This document shows, piece by piece, positions 1 through 6,973 of a stretch of 48,644 nt of DNA. The stretch comes from Escherichia coli (GTDB lineage: Bacteria; Pseudomonadota; Gammaproteobacteria; Enterobacterales; Enterobacteriaceae), in assembly GCF_016903815.1 (NCBI RefSeq), contig NZ_CP069971.1; one strand, 5' to 3'. The notes beneath the pieces were generated by a model that worked only from the letters and a program-made list of their open reading frames with translations, was not told the origin of the DNA and made no database searches. The stretch's first letter is position 1. Each line of letters starts with the position of its first letter. Position numbers and translations under genes: made by a program.

Positions 1-738
1 ATCTCCGGCCAGTAACTCTTTGGCTTCGCTTTCTGTAAACCTGAGATCGATTAATGCAGAAAGCTGCTGTAATTGGTCTTTTTTGTATTTGCGAATGGCC
101 TTATTTGCGGCCTTCATTTTGACGTGTGACTTCATGCAGCCTTGCAGCTTACGAAGCAACTTAAATAGCGCATCAGGATCATCAGACGAAATTCCATTAC
201 GACCAACACCTGCGGCTTTGCTCTCGTAGTGTGATGCTTTACTTTCGCATTCAACAAACGCTTTTCTTAATAACGCATCAGCTTTAGACAAACGGCGGCG
301 ATGGCCTTTCGCGCTATAATGGTCAACTAAAATCGGCTGGCCTAACGGGATCACATCCAACAGGTCATGCGCTCGCTTATGCGCTACCGCACCTTCTTTT
401 CTGGCTTTTTCTGCACGAGCAATATATCGGGCAAGACGCGCGTTCTGGCGTTCCTGATAGGTGTTTACGTAATCATCTCCGCGCTGCTGCTGTTCAAGCC
501 ATGCTTTGCGCAGATCTTCTGTTACGTCCACCAGCTCCGCAGGGATACAACCAGTTTGGGCTTCATAAGAGTAACCATCCTCATAGATACGCCCATCATC
601 TTCAACAAAGAAAAAGGTTTCGTGCTCATCGCTTTTGACCATACGACCATTAACATGGCGTAATAGGTAGCCAGTATCAGTGCTTAACAAGCTGTTAGGG
701 TTGTTGATCCAGTCAGAAATAATTACTTGTTTATTCAT
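1..738 (-). CDS. hypothetical protein, 5' portion only within window (possibly DUF3560-like); ORF runs off the window start
   Basis: Minus-strand ATG at 736-738 preceded by GGAGA; reverse translation is open to position 1 (MNKQVIISDWINNPNSLLSTDTGYLLRHVNG...). Not in the ORF track because it has no stop in the window. Family assignment is from memory only. Confidence 0.5.
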   Translation of the reverse strand, partial: MNKQVIISDWINNPNSLLSTDTGYLLRHVNGRMVKSDEHETFFFVEDDGRIYEDGYSYEAQTGCIPAELVDVTEDLRKAWLEQQQRGDDYVNTYQERQNARLARYIARAEKARKEGAVAHKRAHDLLDVIPLGQPILVDHYSAKGHRRRLSKADALLRKAFVECESKASHYESKAAGVGRNGISSDDPDALFKLLRKLQGCMKSHVKMKAANKAIRKYKKDQLQQLSALIDLRFTESEAKELLAGD

Positions 739-855
739 CAGATTTCTCCGGTTTAACCAGGGCGGGTATCGCTCGGTTTCGGGTATAACCTTAGGAAATT
801 TTTTCCCACCTGTAAAGCACTTTTTATATAAATCTATAATTATATATTTATAGAT
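739..855 (-). promoter_or_regulatory. conserved promoter-leader cassette, copy 1 (sigma70-like -35 TTTACA on minus strand, AT-rich palindrome upstream, ~45 nt leader)
   Basis: About 103 bp identical to 10174-10285 and near-identical to 41876-41987; sits immediately upstream of a minus-strand start codon in all three copies. Confidence 0.6.
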
Positions 856-907
856 TTTCGATGTTCCCGATATCTACACACCATCAAAACAGCTCAAAAT
901 GACACTT

Positions 908-1285
908 TTACTCTCTTCGCTTTTTCAAATAGTCGACAACATACGCCCTGGCTTTTGCCAGCTTCCGGCGATACTGTCTGAGACTAAGAGAAAGGGCGTG
1001 GGCTTTATCAATATGCGGTGCATTTATGTCGAGGCCCCGAATCTCCCACGCCCCGTATTCAATTCGGACAACCAGCGCCGCAGTCTCATCAACTACCGTG
1101 AGGGCCGTCACCGCTCCCTCGATACTGGTTTCCAGTGAGTCATTTGGTGCGCCGCCCCCTCCGGTAAACTGGCAGCGCGTAACCATCATCATTTCTAACA
1201 TCGACGCGAAACCGCTACGGGCGTTGCAGCCATTGCGCACCCACAGCGCCCATAGCTCAAACAAGCTATCCAGATCGCGTCTCAC
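908..1285 (-). CDS. putative late-gene antiterminator (Q-like, QuuD-type small family)
   Basis: 125 aa; N-terminal LFELWALWVRNG...SGF resembles the LERWGAWA...GF start of small Q-family antiterminators; sits at the end of a nin-like gene string. Confidence 0.45.
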   Translation of the reverse strand: MRRDLDSLFELWALWVRNGCNARSGFASMLEMMMVTRCQFTGGGGAPNDSLETSIEGAVTALTVVDETAALVVRIEYGAWEIRGLDINAPHIDKAHALSLSLRQYRRKLAKARAYVVDYLKKRRE

Positions 1286-1288
1286 TGT

Positions 1289-1621
1289 TCAGATCTCCCG
1301 TATCGTGACGGGATAAAGCGCCTCTACCTGCTTTTTCTTCATGATGTAGACGTCTGTTCGCACACCTTTAGTGTCGACACAATCAATCGTCCCATCGTCA
1401 TAAAACACCATGAAATCAAGTTTATAAACGACACCACCTGGCAGATGAAAAGGCACCTGCATAAGAAACGTCACAACGCGGCCAGCTTTTCTCAGTAGCT
1501 TCAGTTCGCAGTAGTAATCAGCCTCTTTTTTGCTATCAAAAGAGATATCATCGACAACAGTTTTTTTATTGCCGTATTTGCTTTTCCTGGTCGCTGGTTT
1601 GCGAAAGCCGGTATATCTCAT
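1289..1621 (-). CDS. DUF1064-like phage protein
   Basis: 110 aa with KYGNKKTVVDDISFDSKKEADYYCELKLL...VPFHL...DTKGVRTDVY..KKK...YPVTIREI, the characteristic DUF1064 pattern. Confidence 0.65.
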   Translation of the reverse strand: MRYTGFRKPATRKSKYGNKKTVVDDISFDSKKEADYYCELKLLRKAGRVVTFLMQVPFHLPGGVVYKLDFMVFYDDGTIDCVDTKGVRTDVYIMKKKQVEALYPVTIREI

Positions 1622-2022
1622 TTGGTATCCCCTGGTACTTCACCAAGACTAAGATCAAACCCAATTTCGTCTTTAACTGACTGCGGCAACAGCTCCCACG
1701 TCTGCGCACACAAAAATTCATCGGTGCCATAACGCTCAACAAAGCGAGCACAATTACTCAGGGGAGGGTGACGAACGGCAATATGCGGAGGCACGCGCCC
1801 ACCACCAGGCACAACACCGCGATGATGTGGTGCGCACAACCCAAAGCTATGGAAGTGGCAATTCTCATCAACGCTGCCGTAATCAGGATCGTGATGTAGC
1901 TCCGTCCACAGCTCTGGATTCTCAATTTCACGGCCATCAATAATGCAAGCTATGCAACCCACGTGAGTGAGCACCGCTTGTATATAAAGTTTCTCTTTCT
2001 TCGTTGGTGTACGTCCGTTCAT
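1618..2022 (-). CDS. Cys/His-rich putative zinc-binding protein (possible nuclease), function unknown
   Basis: 134 aa; GCIACIIDG...CHFHSFGLCAPHHRG cluster; 4-nt overlap with the downstream gene. Confidence 0.4.
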   Translation of the reverse strand: MNGRTPTKKEKLYIQAVLTHVGCIACIIDGREIENPELWTELHHDPDYGSVDENCHFHSFGLCAPHHRGVVPGGGRVPPHIAVRHPPLSNCARFVERYGTDEFLCAQTWELLPQSVKDEIGFDLSLGEVPGDTK

Positions 2023-2255
2023 CAGCGCCCCTTACCATTGATAAAGAGGTTGAACTCGTTGATTAACTGGACATACATGCTTCTGGCCGCGTAGTTCTTT
2101 GCCAGCTCTTTACGGGATGAGATCCCGCAAAACTCACGCAGAATCACAGAGGCCTCAGAACTGTTTGAAACGTTCTTCCCTGTTTTACTGGTCAGAAAGC
2201 GCCAGAATTGGGGATTCTGGCAATGCATCGCAGCACCGCGAACATAACTACTCAT
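2022..2255 (-). CDS. hypothetical small protein
   Basis: 77 aa ORF that overlaps its neighbours' start/stop codons within the minus-strand operon. Confidence 0.35.
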   Translation of the reverse strand: MSSYVRGAAMHCQNPQFWRFLTSKTGKNVSNSSEASVILREFCGISSRKELAKNYAARSMYVQLINEFNLFINGKGR

Positions 2256-2767
2256 TGATGGCCCCCGTCATTTCTGGTGCTTTTCACCGTGCGGCTTCTT
2301 AAAAACCTGCCATCACGAACAACAGACACTTCTCGTTTACCCAACCTCATTTCACGGCGGTAACATTCAGAAAATGCCTCGTCCGGCATCATATAAATGC
2401 GACGCTTCGCCTCCGTATCCAGAAGGGAACGGCTTGGGGTTACATATAAAAACGACTCATCAATAGGGACAAAACCACGAGCAAGAATTGCTGGCAGAAT
2501 GCCAGGAAGAACGCAGAAAACAGCTCCACGATGCAGCAACATCTGGTACTCCATGACCTCCGTTATCCCCGTGACTACTGTTACGGTGTCACGTCTGTTA
2601 CGGCTGGCAACCAGTCGCTGCACACGTCCAATTTTCTGATCTACAGATAGATGTTTGCTATCGTTATCAATATGATCGATAGCAAATCCTTTAATCGTTT
2701 GATCAAGGTAGTGCACCACCTTCGATTGAATCTGGTGATTATCACCAAAGAAGGCCAGAATCATCAT
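2252..2767 (-). CDS. hypothetical protein
   Basis: 171 aa ORF; start overlaps the Cro-like gene stop by 4 nt. No family recognised. Confidence 0.4.
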   Translation of the reverse strand: MMILAFFGDNHQIQSKVVHYLDQTIKGFAIDHIDNDSKHLSVDQKIGRVQRLVASRNRRDTVTVVTGITEVMEYQMLLHRGAVFCVLPGILPAILARGFVPIDESFLYVTPSRSLLDTEAKRRIYMMPDEAFSECYRREMRLGKREVSVVRDGRFLRSRTVKSTRNDGGHQ

Positions 2768-3258
2768 TCCTCAAGCCTCCCAAGTGCTGAACGCCGGGCG
2801 TTGCTAATCTCCTTATGAATCAGCTCGATATCGCTGGAATCTTTATTCTTAAGCTCCAGCACGGTAATCGCATCACGAACCTCTGAAACGGTTACGTGTG
2901 AGTGTTTCCAGCGAGCAATGAATCGCGGACCGCGTAGATTGCAACGCTCCGCAGGCATCCCCAACTCAGAGAAAACCGCTTTCAGCCTTGATAAGCAGTT
3001 AACAGGGAGATTCCCTTTGATCTTGTTCTGCCGAACCGATGTGCCATCGCTACGCTGGCGCTGACGTTCGGCAAAATCTGCCGCCCATTGCTGGACGTTA
3101 ATCCGGCCTTCCGAATACGCCACCAGCAGCGTCAGGTTATCCGCACGAGGGAATCTCTCGAAGCGATACCAGGCACCAATCAGTGATGACGTAAAGCCAA
3201 ACTTTCTGGCAACACCAATTTGGCCTCCATTTTCGTCAACCCACTCCTGAAAGGTCAT
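2764..3258 (-). CDS. Cro-like HTH regulator with C-terminal extension
   Basis: 164 aa; N-terminal GGQIGVARKFGFTSSLIGAWYRFERFPRADNL resembles Cro/YdaS-type HTH; divergent from the CI-like gene across an operator cluster. Confidence 0.5.
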   Translation of the reverse strand: MTFQEWVDENGGQIGVARKFGFTSSLIGAWYRFERFPRADNLTLLVAYSEGRINVQQWAADFAERQRQRSDGTSVRQNKIKGNLPVNCLSRLKAVFSELGMPAERCNLRGPRFIARWKHSHVTVSEVRDAITVLELKNKDSSDIELIHKEISNARRSALGRLEE

Positions 3259-3274
3259 TTAACGAACTCCAGTT

Positions 3275-3400
3275 AAAACCACGATATGTGGTATTAAAAC
3301 CACATATCGTGAGTTTTTCAATGGGCAAAACAAAAAATAACCTTCTATTTGTGGTCCACCTCTCGTCTTACCATGTGAAAACCACTAAATGTGGTAATGT
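3275..3400. promoter_or_regulatory. divergent promoter/operator region with ACCAC-N5-GTGGT operator sites
   Basis: Cores at 3278-3292 (ACCACGATATGTGGT), 3299-3313 (ACCACATATCGTGAG, the mirror of the first) and 3381-3395 (ACCACTAAATGTGGT), plus a GTGGTCCAC element at 3351-3359. Confidence 0.6.
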
Positions 3401-3432
3401 ATAAATAACCCACCATTCACGATTGATGAGAC

Positions 3433-4089
3433 ATGAAAAGCAACGACGAGAACATCAAGAAAGAAATAGGTCTGCGCATTCAGACTCTACGGAAACAATC
3501 CGGCATGACTGCCGGAGATCTCCAGCAAGTCACTGGAATAGGCTTAAGCACCTTGCAGAACTATGAGGCCGGATTAAGACAACCATCTATACCTGCCATC
3601 AAGAAAATCGCGCACGCCCTGAAAGCATCAGCGCCTTATATCGCGTGCTTAACAGATAACCCGTTCCCACCCCAGAATACTAACGCTCCTGTTATTCCTG
3701 GGCTTGTAGCTATAAAAAATGACATAGCATCGCACGCCGGAGAAAAGCCAGTGCTGGCGATAGAACAGGAGATTCTACGAAGCAAGAACATCAACCCATC
3801 GTCTCTGTCAGTTCTCCAGAGCAACGATGAGTTAATGTCACCAACAATATCCCCTGGCTCCCAAGTCCTGATTGATACAGACGATACAGAGATTCATGAG
3901 GGGATCTATGCCCTTGAAGACAGAAATGGCCTGGTTGTTTTGAGGCACTGTAGAGTCATACCGGGTGACAATGCTGTTATGCTGTCAACCGAAAGGGATG
4001 CTGAAATGAACACTAAGCATCTGAATAACGAGGAATTTAAGCGTTATAAAGTTCTGGGCCGCGTAGTTAGTGTTGTCAACTGGTTATGA
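3433..4089 (+). CDS. CI-like repressor (N-terminal HTH, C-terminal LexA/S24-type autopeptidase domain)
   Basis: 218 aa; HTH GLRIQTLRKQSGMTAGDLQQVTGIGLSTLQNYEAG; C-terminal ...VVLRHCRVIPGDNAVMLSTERD...YKVLGRVVSV resembles S24 peptidase. Confidence 0.75.
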   Translation: MKSNDENIKKEIGLRIQTLRKQSGMTAGDLQQVTGIGLSTLQNYEAGLRQPSIPAIKKIAHALKASAPYIACLTDNPFPPQNTNAPVIPGLVAIKNDIASHAGEKPVLAIEQEILRSKNINPSSLSVLQSNDELMSPTISPGSQVLIDTDDTEIHEGIYALEDRNGLVVLRHCRVIPGDNAVMLSTERDAEMNTKHLNNEEFKRYKVLGRVVSVVNWL

Positions 4090-4131
4090 TACACAGCACG
4101 GCGAAAGCCGTGCATTTCTACGCTCAAAAAA

Positions 4132-4146
4132 ACCACATTTTGTGGT
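4132..4146. promoter_or_regulatory. operator site ACCACATTTTGTGGT next to a TTGACA element
   Basis: Perfect 7-5-7 palindrome AAACCAC-ATTTT-GTGGTTT directly upstream of the 4182 ORF. Confidence 0.55.
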
Positions 4147-4181
4147 TTTGACAACATGTGAAAGTATAAAAGAGGCTACGC

Positions 4182-4556
4182 ATGGAATTACATACAGCCA
4201 ATAAAAACGAAACTCTGATCACTGCTGGAATCGAAATCCAAGCGTTGAACATAGCGATTGAGTGTATGTTATGCCAAATCATTGATAATGAGAAAGATAT
4301 CGACTGGATATCATCTACCCTTCATCTTGCTTACGAGCAAAAAGCCTGCCTCAAAACAGCCTTACAATACGATGTGCCTTCTGTATCAAAGCTGTGCCAG
4401 TCATTGATGGCATATAACAGAGCTATCATTTCTGTATGCCTCATGATTCTCGATGAGAATACCCCTCTTAGCGACCGCTCAGAAGCAGCTCTAACCCTCT
4501 CACGTAAACAGCGACAGCTAGCAAATCAACTGATATCAACGATAGCTGACCTCTGA
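4182..4556 (+). CDS. hypothetical protein (operator-controlled orphan gene)
   Basis: 124 aa ORF with an upstream GAGG RBS; flanked by an operator upstream and a hairpin terminator downstream. Confidence 0.45.
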   Translation: MELHTANKNETLITAGIEIQALNIAIECMLCQIIDNEKDIDWISSTLHLAYEQKACLKTALQYDVPSVSKLCQSLMAYNRAIISVCLMILDENTPLSDRSEAALTLSRKQRQLANQLISTIADL

Positions 4557-4560
4557 CTGC

Positions 4561-4585
4561 AAGCGGGCTAACGCCCGCTTATATG
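4561..4585 (+). terminator. intrinsic terminator hairpin
   Basis: AAGCGGGC-TAAC-GCCCGCTT followed by a T-rich stretch. Confidence 0.5.
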
Positions 4586-4589
4586 ATTA

Positions 4590-4683
4590 TAGATTTATAT
4601 AATTATATAAAACGCTTTTCATCCGCCAAAAAGTTGGTTATGCTTACCTCGTTCTATAAATATAGATTTATAGAATTATATAA
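4590..4683. repeat. two AT-rich composite sites (ATAGATTTATA + TATAATTATATAA) upstream of parA; candidate centromere/operator
   Basis: 4590-4610 ...tagatttatataattatataa and 4661-4683 tatagatttatagaattatataa. Confidence 0.5.
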
Positions 4684-4706
4684 CCAAACACATGGAGTCT
4701 CGACAA

Positions 4707-5360
4707 ATGACTATCTCTGTAGGTATTTTCAACGGAAAAGGCGGCGTAACCAAATCAACAATTGCCCGTGCTTTAGCAGTTGCTTATGCAAAGGCTGGCT
4801 GGAATGTATGCCTGATCGATATGGATGTGCTTAACGGAACGGTAACGCGTTGGGTACAACGCAGAATGGCCAACAATATCGAACCAGCAATCGCGGCGCA
4901 GCCGTGCGGCACACCATCACAAGTCCAGAAAATCATCGAATCAGAAGTATACGACCTGGTTATCGTCGATGGCGGTGCCTACGCATCTGAATCAGTACCG
5001 AAGCTCTCTGAATTTCTGGATATGGTTATTTTGCCAACCAGATTCTCTACCGATGACCTGGAAACCACCGTTAACACAGCTCACGGCATCGTTAAAAAGG
5101 GTGTACCAATCAAGAAAATTTGCATGGTGTTTTCCGGCGCGGCTGAAAACGAAGCTGACTATATTGAAGCCCAAGAGTACCTGGCTAATACGCCATACTT
5201 TGTTGTCGATAAGTACATTCCCCACAAGCCAGCTCTGAGCAAAGCTCAGGATAAGGGCTTAAGCCTTATTGAGTGCTCATACGTTGCGCCACGCAAAAAG
5301 GCAGACGATGTTATCCAGGGGATTATCAATCAGCTTGAGGCTCTGACTACTGCCGCGTAA
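4707..5360 (+). CDS. parA: ParA-family partition ATPase (deviant Walker A)
   Basis: MTISVGIFNGKGGVTKSTIA...CLIDMD; GGAG RBS about 10 nt upstream of the ATG at 4707 (the ORF track starts at an upstream in-frame ATG, 4692). Confidence 0.8.
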   Translation: MTISVGIFNGKGGVTKSTIARALAVAYAKAGWNVCLIDMDVLNGTVTRWVQRRMANNIEPAIAAQPCGTPSQVQKIIESEVYDLVIVDGGAYASESVPKLSEFLDMVILPTRFSTDDLETTVNTAHGIVKKGVPIKKICMVFSGAAENEADYIEAQEYLANTPYFVVDKYIPHKPALSKAQDKGLSLIECSYVAPRKKADDVIQGIINQLEALTTAA

Positions 5361-5391
5361 TATATAATTATAGTTTTATAGATTTATATAA
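5361..5391. repeat. AT-rich palindromic site between parA and the ParG-like gene
   Basis: tatataattatag ttt tatagatttatataa, the same motif family as at 4590-4683. Confidence 0.45.
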
Positions 5392-5403
5392 AAGGGGATA
5401 CAC

Positions 5404-5652
5404 ATGGCCGCACCATCAAAACCACCGAAAAAGAACAGCAAAGGCGTACCGCCATCAATCGAACAACCGCAGGTTTTCGACCCGACTGAAACGCCGACCA
5501 GAACCAAATCAGGTGGGGCACAAATGGCGTTTAACGTCGACCCTGAATTTAAACGCGAGTACAAAACGTTCGCCAGCTCAATGGATATGTCATTGAAAGA
5601 AGTGCTGACAAAATCTTTTGAGTTACTCAAGGCTCAATACAACCAGAAGTAA
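5404..5652 (+). CDS. small partition/centromere-binding protein, ParG-like (predicted ribbon-helix-helix)
   Basis: 82 aa; flexible basic N-terminus and C-terminal MAFNVDPEFKREYKTFASSMDMSLKEVL, RHH-like; immediately downstream of parA. Confidence 0.55.
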   Translation: MAAPSKPPKKNSKGVPPSIEQPQVFDPTETPTRTKSGGAQMAFNVDPEFKREYKTFASSMDMSLKEVLTKSFELLKAQYNQK

Positions 5653-5714
5653 GAGAAGGTGACGGCCTCCAGCGCCAACTGTTGGCCGTCGCGACACAAC
5701 AAGGGGAATTTGTT

Positions 5715-5864
5715 ATGTCCGAGCAACAATATACACGGTTACTGAAAACTCGTCTAACCGACCTCAAACGGCTGCAAGCTGGTTGCTTATTTGCCCTGCT
5801 ATCTACCAGGCCAGAATGGGTACGTGAAGCAGTTCTGAAAGGTTTAATGCGCTCCAGCGTTTAA
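5715..5864 (+). CDS. hypothetical small protein (49 aa from ATG 5715)
   Basis: AAGGGG RBS 8 nt upstream of ATG 5715; the track ORF at 5682 begins with TTG. Confidence 0.3.
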   Translation: MSEQQYTRLLKTRLTDLKRLQAGCLFALLSTRPEWVREAVLKGLMRSSV

Positions 5865-5874
5865 ATTCAACCAT

Positions 5875-5900
5875 AAAAAAGGCCCCCGAAGGGGCCTAAT
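5875..5900 (-). terminator. intrinsic terminator (GGCCCC-CGAA-GGGGCC, T-run on minus strand)
   Basis: Perfect GC hairpin flanked by an A6 run on the plus strand, i.e. T6 on the minus strand; lies between convergent genes. Confidence 0.65.
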
Positions 5901-5902
5901 CG

Positions 5903-6022
5903 CTACTTGCTGCTAATGTTTATCGTCACATTCAGAGCGTTATCAGTAATCTTCCAACCCTCCCCATGTGGCGTAAACAAAGCTCCAGTAACAACGATAA
6001 AAATACACATACAGTATTTTTT
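5903..6022 (-). CDS. small hydrophobic peptide (about 40 aa), function unknown
   Basis: MKKYCMCIFIVVTGALFTPHGEGWKITDNALNVTINISSK with an AGGG RBS, ending at the terminator hairpin. Confidence 0.3.
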   Translation of the reverse strand, partial: KKYCMCIFIVVTGALFTPHGEGWKITDNALNVTINISSK

Positions 6023-6423
6023 CATTGTATGGCCCTTACAGGCCGTTTCACGGCATCCCCACCGACGAAAACAACGCGAGAGCAAGCACGGCTGCTTGTG
6101 CTTGCATGTACGGCAACGGAGAATCCTCCCCTAAAGTCGGTGCCCGGGTGCGAATCGGCGGGAAGGTCCACAGGTATTTTACGATTATTTTAAGATTAGT
6201 TATAGGAAAGAAATTAAACGAAAAAACTCGTTTATTTTCACAAAATCAGTAACCTACCCACAATCTGTGAGTTTGCAGGCACAACAAGAACCACAATTTT
6301 ATGAAGCATAATAGTGGACTATTATTACCTTTTGGGTAAAATTAACTTGCTGCTTGTGCTTGCGTGGTTGTTTATACAACAACGTAATGCTGAAAGGACC
6401 GCGAATCCGATCAGCACGAAAGA

Positions 6424-6449
6424 ACCGTCCTCAATAGGGCGGTTTTTTT
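6424..6449 (+). terminator. intrinsic terminator/attenuator in the antirepressor leader
   Basis: ACCGTCCT-CAAT-AGGGCGGT followed by T7. Confidence 0.6.
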
Positions 6450-6468
6450 GTTTCTGCCTACCAATAAA

Positions 6469-6483
6469 CCCACACTATGTGGT
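6469..6483. promoter_or_regulatory. operator-like site CCCACACTATGTGGT (ACCAC-N5-GTGGT family)
   Basis: One mismatch to the operator consensus seen between the CI-like and Cro-like genes. Confidence 0.5.
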
Positions 6484-6593
6484 TGTCTCTGTTAAAATCC
6501 CGCCGTATTGACATAAATGCGCCATTGGTGGACACTTTCCTAGCCGTAGCAAAATCTACGGTCGGGATTGGAACCCCGTAGACACAATGGCGC

Positions 6594-6616
6594 ATACCGC
6601 GTTAGCGGTTTTTTTA
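6594..6616 (+). terminator. second terminator-like hairpin in the antirepressor leader
   Basis: ACCGC-GTTA-GCGGT followed by T7. Confidence 0.45.
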
Positions 6617-6781
6617 TGCGTAAAGCACTGCTACACCCAAATTATGGTGGGGCGTGCGGGGGAGTCGTAAGACTCGCCGGTTCGTCATTGTGTCCGGTAG
6701 TTCCAACCCTGCACGTCTCACCACCCAATGATTGGAACCTGACGGTGGTGAGTATCCTTAACCTTTAAGGGAATCATCACA

Positions 6782-6973
6782 ATGACAAACCTACCCCATG
6801 ACTATTACGTCAACCTCGTAAAGATCCTTCTCAAGAAAGCCTCATACGCCGATAAATTCCGCCTGGCTGAAATAATCGAGCGCGAAGCTATGCGCATCGC
6901 CAGCAACGATAACGCTGTTTCTGTCGCAAAAATCTCCCTCGTAACCAAAGTAGTTATGGGAGGTGCAAAATGA
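6782..6973 (+). CDS. small protein translationally coupled to the antirepressor gene
   Basis: 63 aa; its stop overlaps the ATG of the next gene (ATGA overlap at 6970). Confidence 0.45.
   Translation: MTNLPHDYYVNLVKILLKKASYADKFRLAEIIEREAMRIASNDNAVSVAKISLVTKVVMGGAK

Noticed and set aside
4581-5391. Possible CRISPR array suggested by repeated AT-rich elements
   Set aside because: The repeats are imperfect, irregularly spaced and palindromic, with no uniform spacer structure and no cas genes; they are regulatory or centromere-like sites.
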